Both the position numbers and the translations under genes were made by a program. From Magallana gigas (taxonomy: Eukaryota): DNA of 64,000 nt. Below are positions 27,596 to 39,815 of this stretch, in pieces. The notes under the pieces are model-generated. The model searched no databases. It was not told the DNA's origin and saw only the letters and a program-made list of their open reading frames with translations. Position 1 is the first letter of the stretch. Each line of letters starts with the position of its first letter. The stretch lies in contig NC_088860.1 in NCBI RefSeq assembly GCF_963853765.1, positions 9,796,001-9,860,000 on the forward strand, given 5' to 3'.

Positions 27596-30500
27596 CTAAT
27601 CCTCTCTTCTCCAAAGGAATAATCAATCACAACCTCTGATCTAAATGAAATTTTTGATTTTTTTTCTCTCAAATTATACATATTTTTACTTTACTTATGG
27701 TAATCAGTTTTCAAAAGAAGGATTTTTTCGCTGGCCTTTTGTTAAAAAAAATCATTTAGCTGTAAATTTTCCGCCGCCCGGGTGAACACCATTCTGATCG
27801 TGGTATCAGGACCGACTGTTGAATTCCTCCTCTCTCATGTATTGCGATTTAATAACATGTTACCATGAAATGAAAAATCATCTGATATTCGGCGATGAAA
27901 AGAATAAATTATAGATCTTTCTAAACATAAAAATACATGTACACCTCGCTTATGTGCCTAGCTTTATTTGAACTTTATACTGACAATTAACAAACCTTGT
28001 GTATGTCGGCATAGAAAGTACGCCCCATATTTTAAAGCCGTACTTACATGTACGTACACTTATACACGCGCAATACACACTGTATTCACTATAGATGTTT
28101 CAATGGAAAATCAAAACTGGTTGATTTTATGTTAAGTGGATAAAACTATTTTAAAATGTTCAGAAATAGTTGGTATGATACGTAATCTTGTTTCCCCTGT
28201 ACTTGTTTTATTATTTTCGTTATAAACAGGAAGGGAACAGATGTATTCGTGATACTGCTTGATATAGAAAATATTACACTTCCCTATGTGTGGGTTACTG
28301 TTAAACCACCATATCTATTTCGCCATTAACTTCTGGCAAACTGGTTCGCGGCGTCTAGTACGACCAAACCAGTGTTTACCATCTGTAATAAATTTTAACA
28401 CAAAATACAATGAGAATAAATATTGATCTCGCTAACTTCACGAATTTATATCGTATGCGAATTAAAGCTGCAGTTTTTCGAGACTCCTCTTATATTTTTT
28501 GAAATTTTTAAATGGTGTTGCACAAGTTCAAACTATCTGAGTCTGGAAAAAATTGAAATTAGTAGAGATTTTGTAGTTTAAACACATCATCATTTAAAAT
28601 GAAGCGAGAAAACGACTCAAATTGTCCGGCTAAATAAAACAAAATTCAATTACTATGTTATAACTATGATAGAACACAAACTTTATTACCATGCAAGAAA
28701 ATTAGGTACAAAAATCCTACGAATGGTTAACGGGTATCATTTGGTTAAGATCTGACATTGTTTGAAATTAGCACACATTTTATCTAAAACTCTGGAAGTG
28801 TTAAATTATTTAGGAATCTGTAATTACAAGTCTCTTTCATGTAGAACTATTGTTTTAGGCATTATACAAAAATGTAAATGCCAGACTTAATCTTTTTTTA
28901 AATACAGAATTGAATCTTGTCACACAACAGAAAGACACTATGCTCTGCTTTCGATACAATCTTTTATTATCTCTGTTCTTCTAGGCATTGTTGAATGAAC
29001 AAGGGACAAGTTGCTCACGACAAAGTACTTAAGTTTGATTTTAAAGTATCTTTAGAATTTTTTTTTCTAACATGTATGTTTGGGGTTGCGGATAGAGTTA
29101 AGAGTATATTATTGTATTAACTAAAAATTGATAATCCAAGATATGCCCCCCCCCCCCCCCCCCAAATAAAAAACCCATTAGGCTATATATAAAAATTCTT
29201 CATAAAGAACCCTGCCTCAATTCTAACATGAAATATCCTTTATGGTTCATGTAGATTTTTGTATATTAAATTAACATTAATATAAGGACCACGCTGAAAA
29301 TAAGCTTTCAAGAATTTGTGGCTACATGTATATTCTTTTGTATTTAATATCTATCATCATCTTTGTATCTTGAAAATATCAAAGTTAATTGCATATAGTG
29401 ATGAAATGCAGTCTGTTTCCTGTTATGGTTTTATTATTAAATAACACGATTCTAAACATGACATTCTATGATATTTTGCCAAAATAAAATATGCTATTCA
29501 GCATTCACACTCTCAATCTCCGCAGTACGATGGGAAATTTTCCGAACAGAAGAAGCTCATATTAAAATCGACTGACAACACAAGTTTTGTATGAATATAT
29601 AGGGTTCGCATTACCTCTGTCCACCTTTGTTTTTAAGCACTAACATTTATTGACGAGGACGACGAGAATGATGATGATGGAGAAGGAGGAAGAACGATGC
29701 ATCTAACTTTGGTCAAAAGAGAGATAACTCATACTGAAAAGCATACTTAAGGAAGGAGTCTTTTTATTATCAAACATACTTCTTATAATAAGAAATGCAT
29801 GAAATTTTGACACAGTCAAACGGATCATATTACTTAATGATTCTATCAGTTTAATTAAATTTTACCTTTTTGTTTTCGGATAAAGGTCAGGTCAAGGTCA
29901 CTACCTTTTTCCTCAACGTAAAGAGTGATAAAAATAAGTGTAGCTCTTTATAGTTCTGTAGACATTTGTTTAAGATTTGAAGATTCAAATCTTCAATGAA
30001 ATCATAGACCATGAGAGTGTCTATCAGCTTATACTACTAAATTGGAATAAATATTTATACTAAAATTGATATTGCTTAGCCCGCATTTCCTCTAATTTTC
30101 TTAAATTTTGAAGAAATTTTGATTATTTTTTTATGCTTCCAATAATAAAATATTTCTAATTTTTATGTATTATGAAGACTTTATATAAAGATATAAATTG
30201 ACAAAAAAGCTAATATATTGACCGTTTCATAAGAGAGAAAAACTGATTTTAGTGATTTTTTCACAAAAATCAATGTATAGAATGGGCGCTTTAAAAAGCT
30301 TATAAAAATGTTATTTGATAGGCAAATCATATTTTAAAAACATATTCTGAAACCCAAGTATCATATTATTAGTTCACATTAGTAAAAAAAAATCCAACAT
30401 TATTGTTATTGTTTTTAAAATGATAAAACAGACTCATAATATATATATAATCTGCTGCAATTCTGAATTGCGCAGCATGTGATATTTTCCTACGCCAAAA

Positions 30501-30750
30501 ATATAGTCCTTGTTCCATTCTAAACATTGGTTACATGTTTCTATGCCAAGTTGTATGATAGTAAAAAAGAAAGAAAAATATACTATTTTGATTTCCCTTC
30601 ATCTTGATTTAATGGACAATTAATCAAATTTACGTTTGACAAGTCGAAAACCAGAAAAGACTCCTTCCTTAAGAAATAAACAACGTTATTTAGTGAACAT
30701 GGCGTTATGAAAAGCAATTGCTCTGTTGGCATATTCCATGATGCGCGCTA

Positions 30751-31443
30751 GCCTTGTCTGCAAATGCGATTCATACCTTAAAATTCCTATCTTATCCTAA
30801 GGGTAAGTTAATATTAATGGAAGAGCCACAGTAACAGCCACAAGCGTGAACTTTGATTTTCGCTTGTGACGTTGCAGTTTACAGCGTTTAACGTTTGTGA
30901 CGTCATAACAAAAACTCGTCAATTTGACCTTTGACTACTTGTTGCATTTAGAGGCATTTGAAGATCACAGAATTTAATGGAAAAACACAGTAGAATGTAA
31001 ATATTATAGCATTGAATCATGATTTTTTGAAGTATACACTCTCATAACTGCAGCGGTGTGTGCATACAAATTGAGGAACGCGCGTTAGCGCGTTATTAAA
31101 ATTTGTATGAACGCACCGCTGCAGTTATGAGAGTGTATACTTCAAAAAAATCATGATTCAATGCTTATATTTACATTTTTTAACGTCTTGCCTTGTCTGC
31201 AAATGTGATTCATACCTTAAAATTCCGATCTTATCCTAAGGGTAAGTTAATATTAATGGAAGAGCCACAGTAACAGCCACGAGCGTGCACTTTGATTTTC
31301 GCTTGTGACGTTGCAGTTTACAGCGTTCAACGTTTGTGACGTCATAATAAAACTCGTCAATTTGACCTTTGACTACTTGTTGCATTTAGAGGCATTTGAA
31401 GATCACAGAATTTAATGGAAAAACACAGTAGACTGTAAATATA
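30751..31443. repeat. Two about 254-bp direct repeats (30751-31004, 31190-31443) separated by a about 185-bp foldback hairpin (30994-31177)
   Basis: Both copies begin GCCTTGTCTGCAAATG and end AAAACACAGTAGAxTGTAAATAT. Hairpin arms are GCATTGAATCATGATTTTTTGAAGTATACACTCTCATAACTGCAGCGGTG and its reverse complement. Confidence 0.9.
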
Positions 31444-32511
31444 ATATATTATAACGTCATGGAAAAGTATGACGTCACACCTTTATGACGTCATAGTATA
31501 CAGACAGAGCAATTGCAATTATAGAAAAATAATTGCAGTTCCTCCGTATGGACTTACAGTGGGAAAGAACAATGGAGTTGCAAATATACGCTTATGGTAC
31601 CATAAAACTTTGCGGATGTTACGTAAAAGTGAGTACCTTGCGTGAACATCGATGACTAAGTGAGAATTCTCTAGAACTATGTATGAATGTACATGACCTC
31701 GGATCTTTAAACAATTTTTTTGTTTATGTTGTAATACATATTCCATATCGAACGATTCGTGTTCGTATGAATCACAGTTGCAAATATCTTTGCCGACGTT
31801 GTCTCTTACAAAGGCATTAAATGCCATCAGATTTATTTCAATTGCGCGCAAGAATTGTCAAAAGATTTACCAACACCAGACAAAAAAAAAGTGATGACAT
31901 GATTAAACAACACAAAGGGAGAGTTTATATGTAACTCAAAAAATGATGTGCACTTTAAAATAAAAAGTCCGGTAATTGATTTATTCAGACATCTACTATC
32001 AGTCACATACATGTGTAGAGCACGTGAAAATATGAACAAGGTAATGCAATGCAACGACGTTTGGTATATTGAAACAAACTTTCCAGTTCATTATCAGCTA
32101 GATGTGATATGTTGCGATCCATGTCAATGTCGACATGAATTGTCTTTTATCATTAACTAAGGAAGTCTGTAGTCAAAAAGTGATATTTTAGTTGATCTTC
32201 CAAAGTTGTGTAATGGAAAATTGTTTTCACCATATTTGGTAATCTAATGCAGATATTTTTACTAACCCCATTTTACATGTATTTTCTCTTTACCCAATGT
32301 AGTTTATGACCAAAACTATCATGTTTCAAATTTTAAGGCTGATCTGGTGGTTATTTTGTTGACCATGGCATCCAACCTCCTTAAACATTGTATGAATCAT
32401 GTACCAGATATTAAAATTTTGCATTTGAGTGATGTTTTATCCCGTTTTGAGCCTCGATGTTGTCTGTATTACTAGTATCCTGCAAGTAGCCCCATTGATC
32501 CGGGCATACTG

Positions 32512-32878
32512 CAGGCACGTAGCATCGTTTCTGAAAGGGGGGGCAGACTCATCCAAAAAATCTTGACAAGCAAAAAAAAGAAAAAGAAAAAAAGGGAAAT
32601 AAGACGTTTCCAAGTTTCCAAAATCTTCAAAATCCTAATCCGGGGGGGGGGGGGGGGCGGCGGGGGGCGGGGGGGGGGGGGGGCGGGCTGGCGTAGTTTA
32701 TAACTTCAATTTCAATCCTAATTTCCTTATTTTCATATCAATTTTTTACATCCTCCAAAATAAGTTGGGGGGGGGGGCCAACTCCATGATAATTCAATTT
32801 TTTAAATGTAAATTTAAAAAAATTAGTTACTGCGAGAAAAAGTGGGGGGGGGGGGGGGGGCCTAATGCTACGTGCCTG
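32512..32878. mobile_element. Non-autonomous TIR element with CAGGCACGTAGCAT ends and long G tracts
   Basis: A perfect 14-bp TIR (CAGGCACGTAGCAT / ATGCTACGTGCCTG). Flanks are TACTG and TACTA. Confidence 0.8.
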
Positions 32879-33889
32879 TACTAGTTGCTATATAAAGGGT
32901 GTAAATTACCTCTGGGGTACCGCACTTTTTCCAGGTACCAAGTGTGGCTCAGTCTGACAGGCTCATTGAGGAGTAGATTTTGAGTTCCTGGTAACTGAAT
33001 CTCTAATCAGTTTCCCACCGGGGGTTTCTCAGTTTAGCAATATGTGGCGATAGAGTTTTATCGACGGTCGTGGAGGACTTCCCGAGGCCTAGCCAGTCGA
33101 CGTGACGTCTGAAGCTTGGTGCTTTGAGGACTGGAAGTCCATAGATGTTGCGACATTGGGGGCAGTACAATGGTCGGGGCAACAGCGTACATTACGAATG
33201 ATGACGCACCCAGTGGGCATTAGGGATGTCGAGGATTACCGTGGACCTGAGGGCGGATTCCACCGGGGATACCGATTCCCGGGAAACATTAGCTCTCTTT
33301 CATTTCAATTTATTTGGTATATATGTACATATTTTTCTTATATAAAATTTTGAAATAAAAATTTTTTTTTTTTACTATCAATCAAAAGGGTGACTGGCAG
33401 TTGCATGTGCTCGCTGGCTATAGGCTGTGATAAAAGGATTACACACCTAGTCGGAAATATCACACATTTTCCTGACTTTTTTTAACGATTCTGATATTTC
33501 ACTTCCCAGGTACCCTAGTCGTTTTGGGCAAGTAAAATATTAAACTTGTTTAAAAAGCAAGAAAATAACTGATATTTCCCACTAATAAATTCCCAACAAG
33601 AAAAAAATCTGTTTCAATATCTGCTTGCTTAATAGATTTAATGATGAGTTATGAACAACATATTTTAAAAATAACCACATATGCGTGTCCAAAACAGATG
33701 TTTCTTTTTTCCAAGTCAAAAAGATTATTGTAAACAACACAAAACTTCAATACATCTATTGTTGTAAAAAATATTGTAAACAAATATGAAAAATGAAAGA
33801 AACTAAAACTGTATCCAGAGGGCATACATGCAAATGATATGAACAGATTACACAGGCAGAAAAAAGCTAAAGAGCAAATTCACAGAAAT

Positions 33890-36828
33890 TCACGTTGCAA
33901 GGGAGGTAATAAAGTCTCCTTTTGTGTCCACAGTCTCGGCACCATTTGAGTTATTGATATTGTTCACATTGAGAATGCCGGAGGGTGTAGAGATGGTGAT
34001 TTGGCCTGAGGAAAGCTGCTGTGCAATATTACTTGGCAGGCCACTCAGAGAAACGCTGGGGATATTGCCGGCAGCGAGCTGCGACATATTAAAGTTTGAA
34101 CTTTGGGGCTGAGCTGAACTGGGGGCAATGGCTATTGGTACGTGAGTGGTGTGAATGGGGGCTGGGGAGGAGGTGTTGTCCCTCCCGTTTTTCTTGTCTG
34201 CCCCTCCTTCTCCACCCCCAGCACTGTCCTTGGGTCCCTTTACAAACACTCCACCTGACCCCCTCTGTCTGTTCAAGGCATGTCTGTGTCGAGACTCATA
34301 CAAATATTTCTAAAAAATAAAATCAATATAAAACTATACTATTTTGTAAATAAAGCATAATCTACATTTATACCTTATACTGTATTTCATTTATAAAAAT
34401 TTTATCTCAATATTGAATTTTCATCAATTACTCTGCTTTTTCACATGAACCACAAAAATCTACGTTTTCCATCATCATATATTTTATCAACTTGAATATT
34501 TCACTGTGGTTCCAGTGATTTCATTTTTAAGCCCGAACCTGTCTTTCTTTGGGTATTCTTCCTAGGGCTTCTAATTTTGCCCGGGCTTGCCTCCGTTTGA
34601 GAATCCGGTGGTACTGTTTTGCATTCACATACAGTGGCTCCTCTCCAGTATCGTTATTCTGCAAGGAAAAATTGCCGATGTATGAACAAGTACCTCACAT
34701 GTCAACAATAACACACTAATTATATTTCCACTGATCATCCAACAGATTCTTTTGATGAAAAACAGTAAAAAAATATACATTATTTGTACTTACTACAGGT
34801 ACTTGTTGATTTGCAGGTTGTGTTGGTAAGTTTATAACTTGGATACCTAAAAGAGTAAACAAATGTATTATCAACTATTGACAAATTCAACGATACAACT
34901 AATTTCATTGATTAATTAATCATCACCTTGTCAAAATACAATGTTTAATTGTTACAATTAATTTCATTGATTTATGAAACAACACATTGGCCTTCATTCA
35001 CATCATATTTAACACATTTCATCAAATCATTGTACACAAATCAGATCCCATTCCTTCTCAATTATGTATGTACTTTTGACAATATTAGCCTCAATCACTC
35101 TTTTTGTTTATATATATATTTACCACGGTGTAATTCAAGTATATTTACAAAGTATAACATTAGTATATCCAGCAACTTTACCTTGAGGAAGCTGCACCGG
35201 TTTGTTGTTGGCGTCCACAAGCACGAATGAAGTCTGTCCATTCACAGTCACTTGGTTCAGGAACAACATTTGCGGGACACCAACGGCTGGGGTCATCTGG
35301 GCACTGGTGCTGACCTGAGGCGAGCCCTGCACCATCAGGCTGTTGGGCTGCTGTACTATGTTTGAAGTCTGTACGATCTGACCTGCCCCTGATGCAATGG
35401 GTGTTGCTTGTGAGACACTCGTGAAGTTTTGTAAATTAGATAGAGTTCCATCTGCAACCTAAAAAATAGAATTGAAAATTAATTTTCAACTGTCAATTTT
35501 TGATGGATTCACTAATTTTCAATAACTTTTATTTGTGACAACTTTACTCTGCAATTAACTTGCAAGCTTATTCATTGGGTATAATTTTCATGATACAACT
35601 ATGTTACCTTCTTATACAAAAGACTTTGAAAGGTTTGGTTGACCTTTTACTACAACAAATACTCGGACGCCTGATGATGACGGTAACTAAAACCTCACAG
35701 ATAATCCCATGTAAATTAAGTCAGATTACAGTAAACCGAAAACATTTTCAGAAAAAATACGATGTTCAAACCTCATGCATTTGATCCATAAATGAAATAC
35801 AATTTTATCAGCATTTTACCATTTACATTACACATTGTTACATGCACGATAGATTAGGTTAGATATGAAATAAAGTTTTTTAACAGGTTGTACGCATTGT
35901 CAAAGTGATATCAAGAAAATGAAAAATCTATTCAGAATTTTACCAACACAAACATTTTTTGTTGAAGAAAAAGTGTTTAAAGAGGTATTTCCCCTCAGCC
36001 CATTTTATCTGGAGGGAAACATAAGGATCGACAAGCAAAGGACTACCAGTCAACAAAGGGCTACCAGTCAACCAATGAAAATGAAGGTTTAATTAGTTTG
36101 AATTTATTTGAAGTTTTGAACATTCCCTATCATCCAATGGGCAAAATAATCTCATTCATACCTGTGGCTCTTCCTGTGAAATGAAAAGAGCAAAGTAAGG
36201 GGATAAACAACTCAAAAATTCAAAGGGTGTTTTACAAAGGTTTTATTTTCTGTTATTCAGCAATAAATACCCTTGTAGGGGGAGGAAGGGTGTGATTTGT
36301 ACTTGTTGTGTTGACACCATTTTAAAATATAAATCTTATTTACAGATTTCTTATGTGTATTTGTGACCACGTGAAGAATGTTCCAAATCTCTACTTTATA
36401 AAAGATAAATGGTAATAATCAAAATAAGTTCACATGCTATAATCGTGATAATAAGAATGTTTTACTATCTCTAAGTATGCAGGGTATCTTTAAAAAGCTT
36501 CAAAAACTAAGCAACCAAACAAAAGTTTTTCTTCAAATAAACTAGATTCAACAAAACCATGATAAGATGACCACTTTACATATATGCAATATTCAAATCA
36601 AACTAAGGGATAATGATTTATCAGAAAACCATGCAAAACATTTAGTGTAATTTTTTTTACCTGTACTATTTCTCCACCTGGCTGGGTGATCTGCTGTATT
36701 TGGACACCGTCCTGTGTGATGTACTGTATCGTACCATGTGTCTCATCCCCGCCTCCGGGCGCCACGGTCACTGTTAGGGGTTGTTGTGTCTCCGAGTCAA
36801 ATACAGTGTAGGTATCATTCTCCGACAT
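33890..36828 (-). CDS. NFYA: Nuclear transcription factor Y subunit alpha (CCAAT-binding, CBF-B/HAP2 family), 345 aa; coding exons 36828-36661, 35458-35182, 34846-34794, 34658-34539, 34309-33890
   Basis: All introns are GT-AG and phases are compatible (168+277+53+120+420=1038 nt). Gln/Val-rich N-terminus, then EEPLYVNAKQYHRILKRRQARAKLE...KYLYESRHRHALNRQRGSGGVF, the NF-YA conserved domain. A probable 5'UTR exon ends at 39405 (donor GTGAGT). Confidence 0.95.
36162..36173 (-). CDS. NFYA: Candidate 12-nt in-frame microexon of NF-YA (EEPQ)
   Basis: Minus strand reads ...CCCCTTACTTTGCTCTTTTCATTTCACAG|GAAGAGCCACAG|GTATGA. Phase 0-0, inside a phase-0 intron. Confidence 0.6.
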
Positions 36829-37759
36829 TTCCGACCTAATATATACAGTATATACATATAATTTATCTGTATTTATTAATACATTCTAAATAAGCATTTA
36901 GTTAAGTGTAAGACTAAATAAGACATTTCAATTACAACTAGGTCTTACTTCATCTCTGTTGAGAATTACCAGTTTTTGAACTTTATTCTAGGACTGAATC
37001 CTTCCTTTATAAACATACTACCCACAATCTTTGACTCCTTCATAACTTGTCTTGGTTAAAATGGGGATACATGTACTGAGATGTCTCATCATTCATCAAA
37101 TATAATTTCACAGCCTTAACATACCGTACTGAGCCTAAATGGATGCAGAATCAAAATGAATACAGTTACTAGCAAGATAGGTATAGGAGTATCATTTAGA
37201 AAATTGTTATATATTTGAAATAACGATAATATTCGAGCTGCCATAAGGGATTTTAATATGTATACCCTTTTTAATAGACACATTACTTAAGTTGACTTAA
37301 TTTTAAGATATGTCCGATTAAGGAGAGTGCTTCAAGATTCAATAAAGGTGACAATCAAAATATTGAGCCAATTTTTAAGGTAAACCTCAGCCAAGATAAA
37401 TCAAAGACTGTATACCCATTTGTATATGTTATAGTAAATGTTAATGATGAATATAATTCTCTATCTGTATAATCATGCATATATTTCTTTCTAACAAAAT
37501 GTTAAGTCAACCAGTTTAACAAAGTCAATGTTGACCTGTCTGCCAGTTCAACTTTAGACTGCTAGGTCAGAGCTATATTTATTTGATCTCATCAGAACGG
37601 AAATAGCTAAAGAGTTGTGCAACATGAAGGGCTGGTTGGTACTTAAACACGTTAAAGTACATTGTACTTGCATGAAGTTGCACCTATAGTGAAAGGTATA
37701 GGAGGGTGTAACAAAACAGTTGTTGATTGGTATTCAGGCAACATTTGATTTAATGGATA

Positions 37760-37933
37760 CAGTTGAACTTCGATATCTTGAACACTGATATCTCGAATAC
37801 AGTGGATATGTCGAAGTGATTATAAGTCCCAACCACTTATTTTTAAAGTATTTTACCCTCAATTTCTTGATTACTCTGATATCATGAAGTTTTTAAAAAG
37901 TCCCATCGAGTTCCAGATAATGAAGTTTGACTG
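37760..37933. mobile_element. Tc1/mariner (Tigger/pogo-like) MITE in NF-YA 5'UTR intron
   Basis: TA|CAGTTGAACTTCGATATCTTGAAC ... GTTCCAGATAATGAAGTTTGACTG|TA: imperfect TIRs and a TA TSD. Confidence 0.85.
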
Positions 37934-39404
37934 TATAAGTACAGTCGTTTGACCAGTTCCAAATAGGGTACAGATTTGGCGGTGTTGAAAATTTTCCTGG
38001 GTGTTCTTTTCAGATCTGATTTATTGGCCTATATACACCATATCCCTGCTGATATTAATGCAATATTACTGCATTTAATTTTTTTTAATTAAAATTTTAT
38101 TGTAATTAATTCCGCAGGAAGCCATTTTACCAGTTGCGAATAAGCCGATGAGTTCCGAATAGCATAACTGTTTCTATACATATGGAAAATAGATAAAAAA
38201 GTTTCGGCCCTAAAACCATTTATTGAACCAGTTGAATAACAAATTAAGTGCAAACATCTCAGTTATTGGTATTTTCTTAACAATATAGTTTGATTTGCAC
38301 TGAAATGACAGACAAAATCCCCGTAACAATAATTTCGCCTGGTTTCTAACATCTTGTCGCAATACACTCGCAGCACCTCCACTTATCATTATTATGATAC
38401 AATATGATTTATTCAAGACTGAGAAAGACATTTAATGAATTCCAGAAGTATTTGTTTTAATCCACCCCTTCATTCAATTCTAAAACAGAGGGAAACAAAT
38501 TAGGTATTCGGAACTCGTAAAATGATGACTCAATAAAATTCTGCATCCACTTGCGTATGTATTTTATTTTTTATCCTGTATGCTTTTGGGTATGTTAAAA
38601 TACATATTAAACCTACGTTTGATAAAAAAAAAATTGTTACAAGTGAAATTTCAGGCACCAACAGACGATTTTATGCACAAATTAGCGTTGCAATGACCTG
38701 GATTTAATACAAAGTCAACTAATCTAAGACCGATATCAAATACATATATGACCGTAAAAAATGAAACAACTGCAGAATTCAATCAAGCATTAACACCTGT
38801 TTTATATATTAAAGGTATTGATTTTTTTCTCCATTTTTTATTTAATAATTTTTTGCTTTATAACTTCTGAACTATTCCGAACTGGGCAAAATTCGGAACT
38901 GGTCAAACGACTGTACATGTTGCTGTGTCCTTACTCCTATATATTGAGCCTTGGACAAAATTTGTGTCTTCAGGTCCTGACTCCAAAAAGCATTTGTTGC
39001 CTTCATAAGCATTCAATACATGTATAATGTGACTCTTTCATATTGAAATTATTATTAAATACAATGTGCATAAAAGATGGTAAACTATTACTTAAAAAAA
39101 CCCCTCAAAAACATGTATTATTGTAAAACTATAATATCTAAAAGCACTCTATAAAACTCGATTGGGGACCATGTACAGATCGAGCATATTTTTTCCTTAC
39201 AAAGATTGTATTCAGGTAATTATGAATTCAGTCATAATAAAATTTTGTCACTACTGTTTCAAAAAAAAAGGAACATAAATCAAACTGACAGTTTTAAACA
39301 TAAAACTATGCAACGTTTAAGTAGGTATAAACCGAAACATAATACACGCTAATGAAACCATAATAAGATTCTAGAGGATATAACACATTTGTTTAGGTAC
39401 TCAC

Positions 39405-39815
39405 TTCATCAATAGGAACTTAATGAAAGAATCCGAGCACAGTTAAATGAAAAACCGTTCTCTATAAAAATGATTATATTTATCAAATATGGCGCTAAAT
39501 ACTGTGCACAGAAAACAGTGACGTATTATTTAAACATTTTATTGATGTGGATATTTTTACTAGATAGGTCGTTCGTTTGGCTGTATTGTATTTTAAGGAT
39601 ATTAGGGTGAATTTGGAACAAATATTACTTTCTTTATTACTTTGATAATAGTTTATATTAGTTTATCAATCACTGAGTTCAATACTGACCTTTACAGACT
39701 AATTCTTTATAATTTATTATAAGCATTCAAATGACACAGACGAAACGTAAACAAAGCGATTTGCCGGCATTTTCAGAAAAGAGAAAATAGGACCGACAAT
39801 CTGTAGAATATCACA
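39405..39815. promoter_or_regulatory. Probable bidirectional promoter/5'UTR region between NFYA (-) and SNRPG (+)
   Basis: A minus-strand splice donor at 39404-39403 and the SNRPG ATG at 39816 are only about 410 bp apart. YY1-like AAATATGGCG near 39485. Confidence 0.6.
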
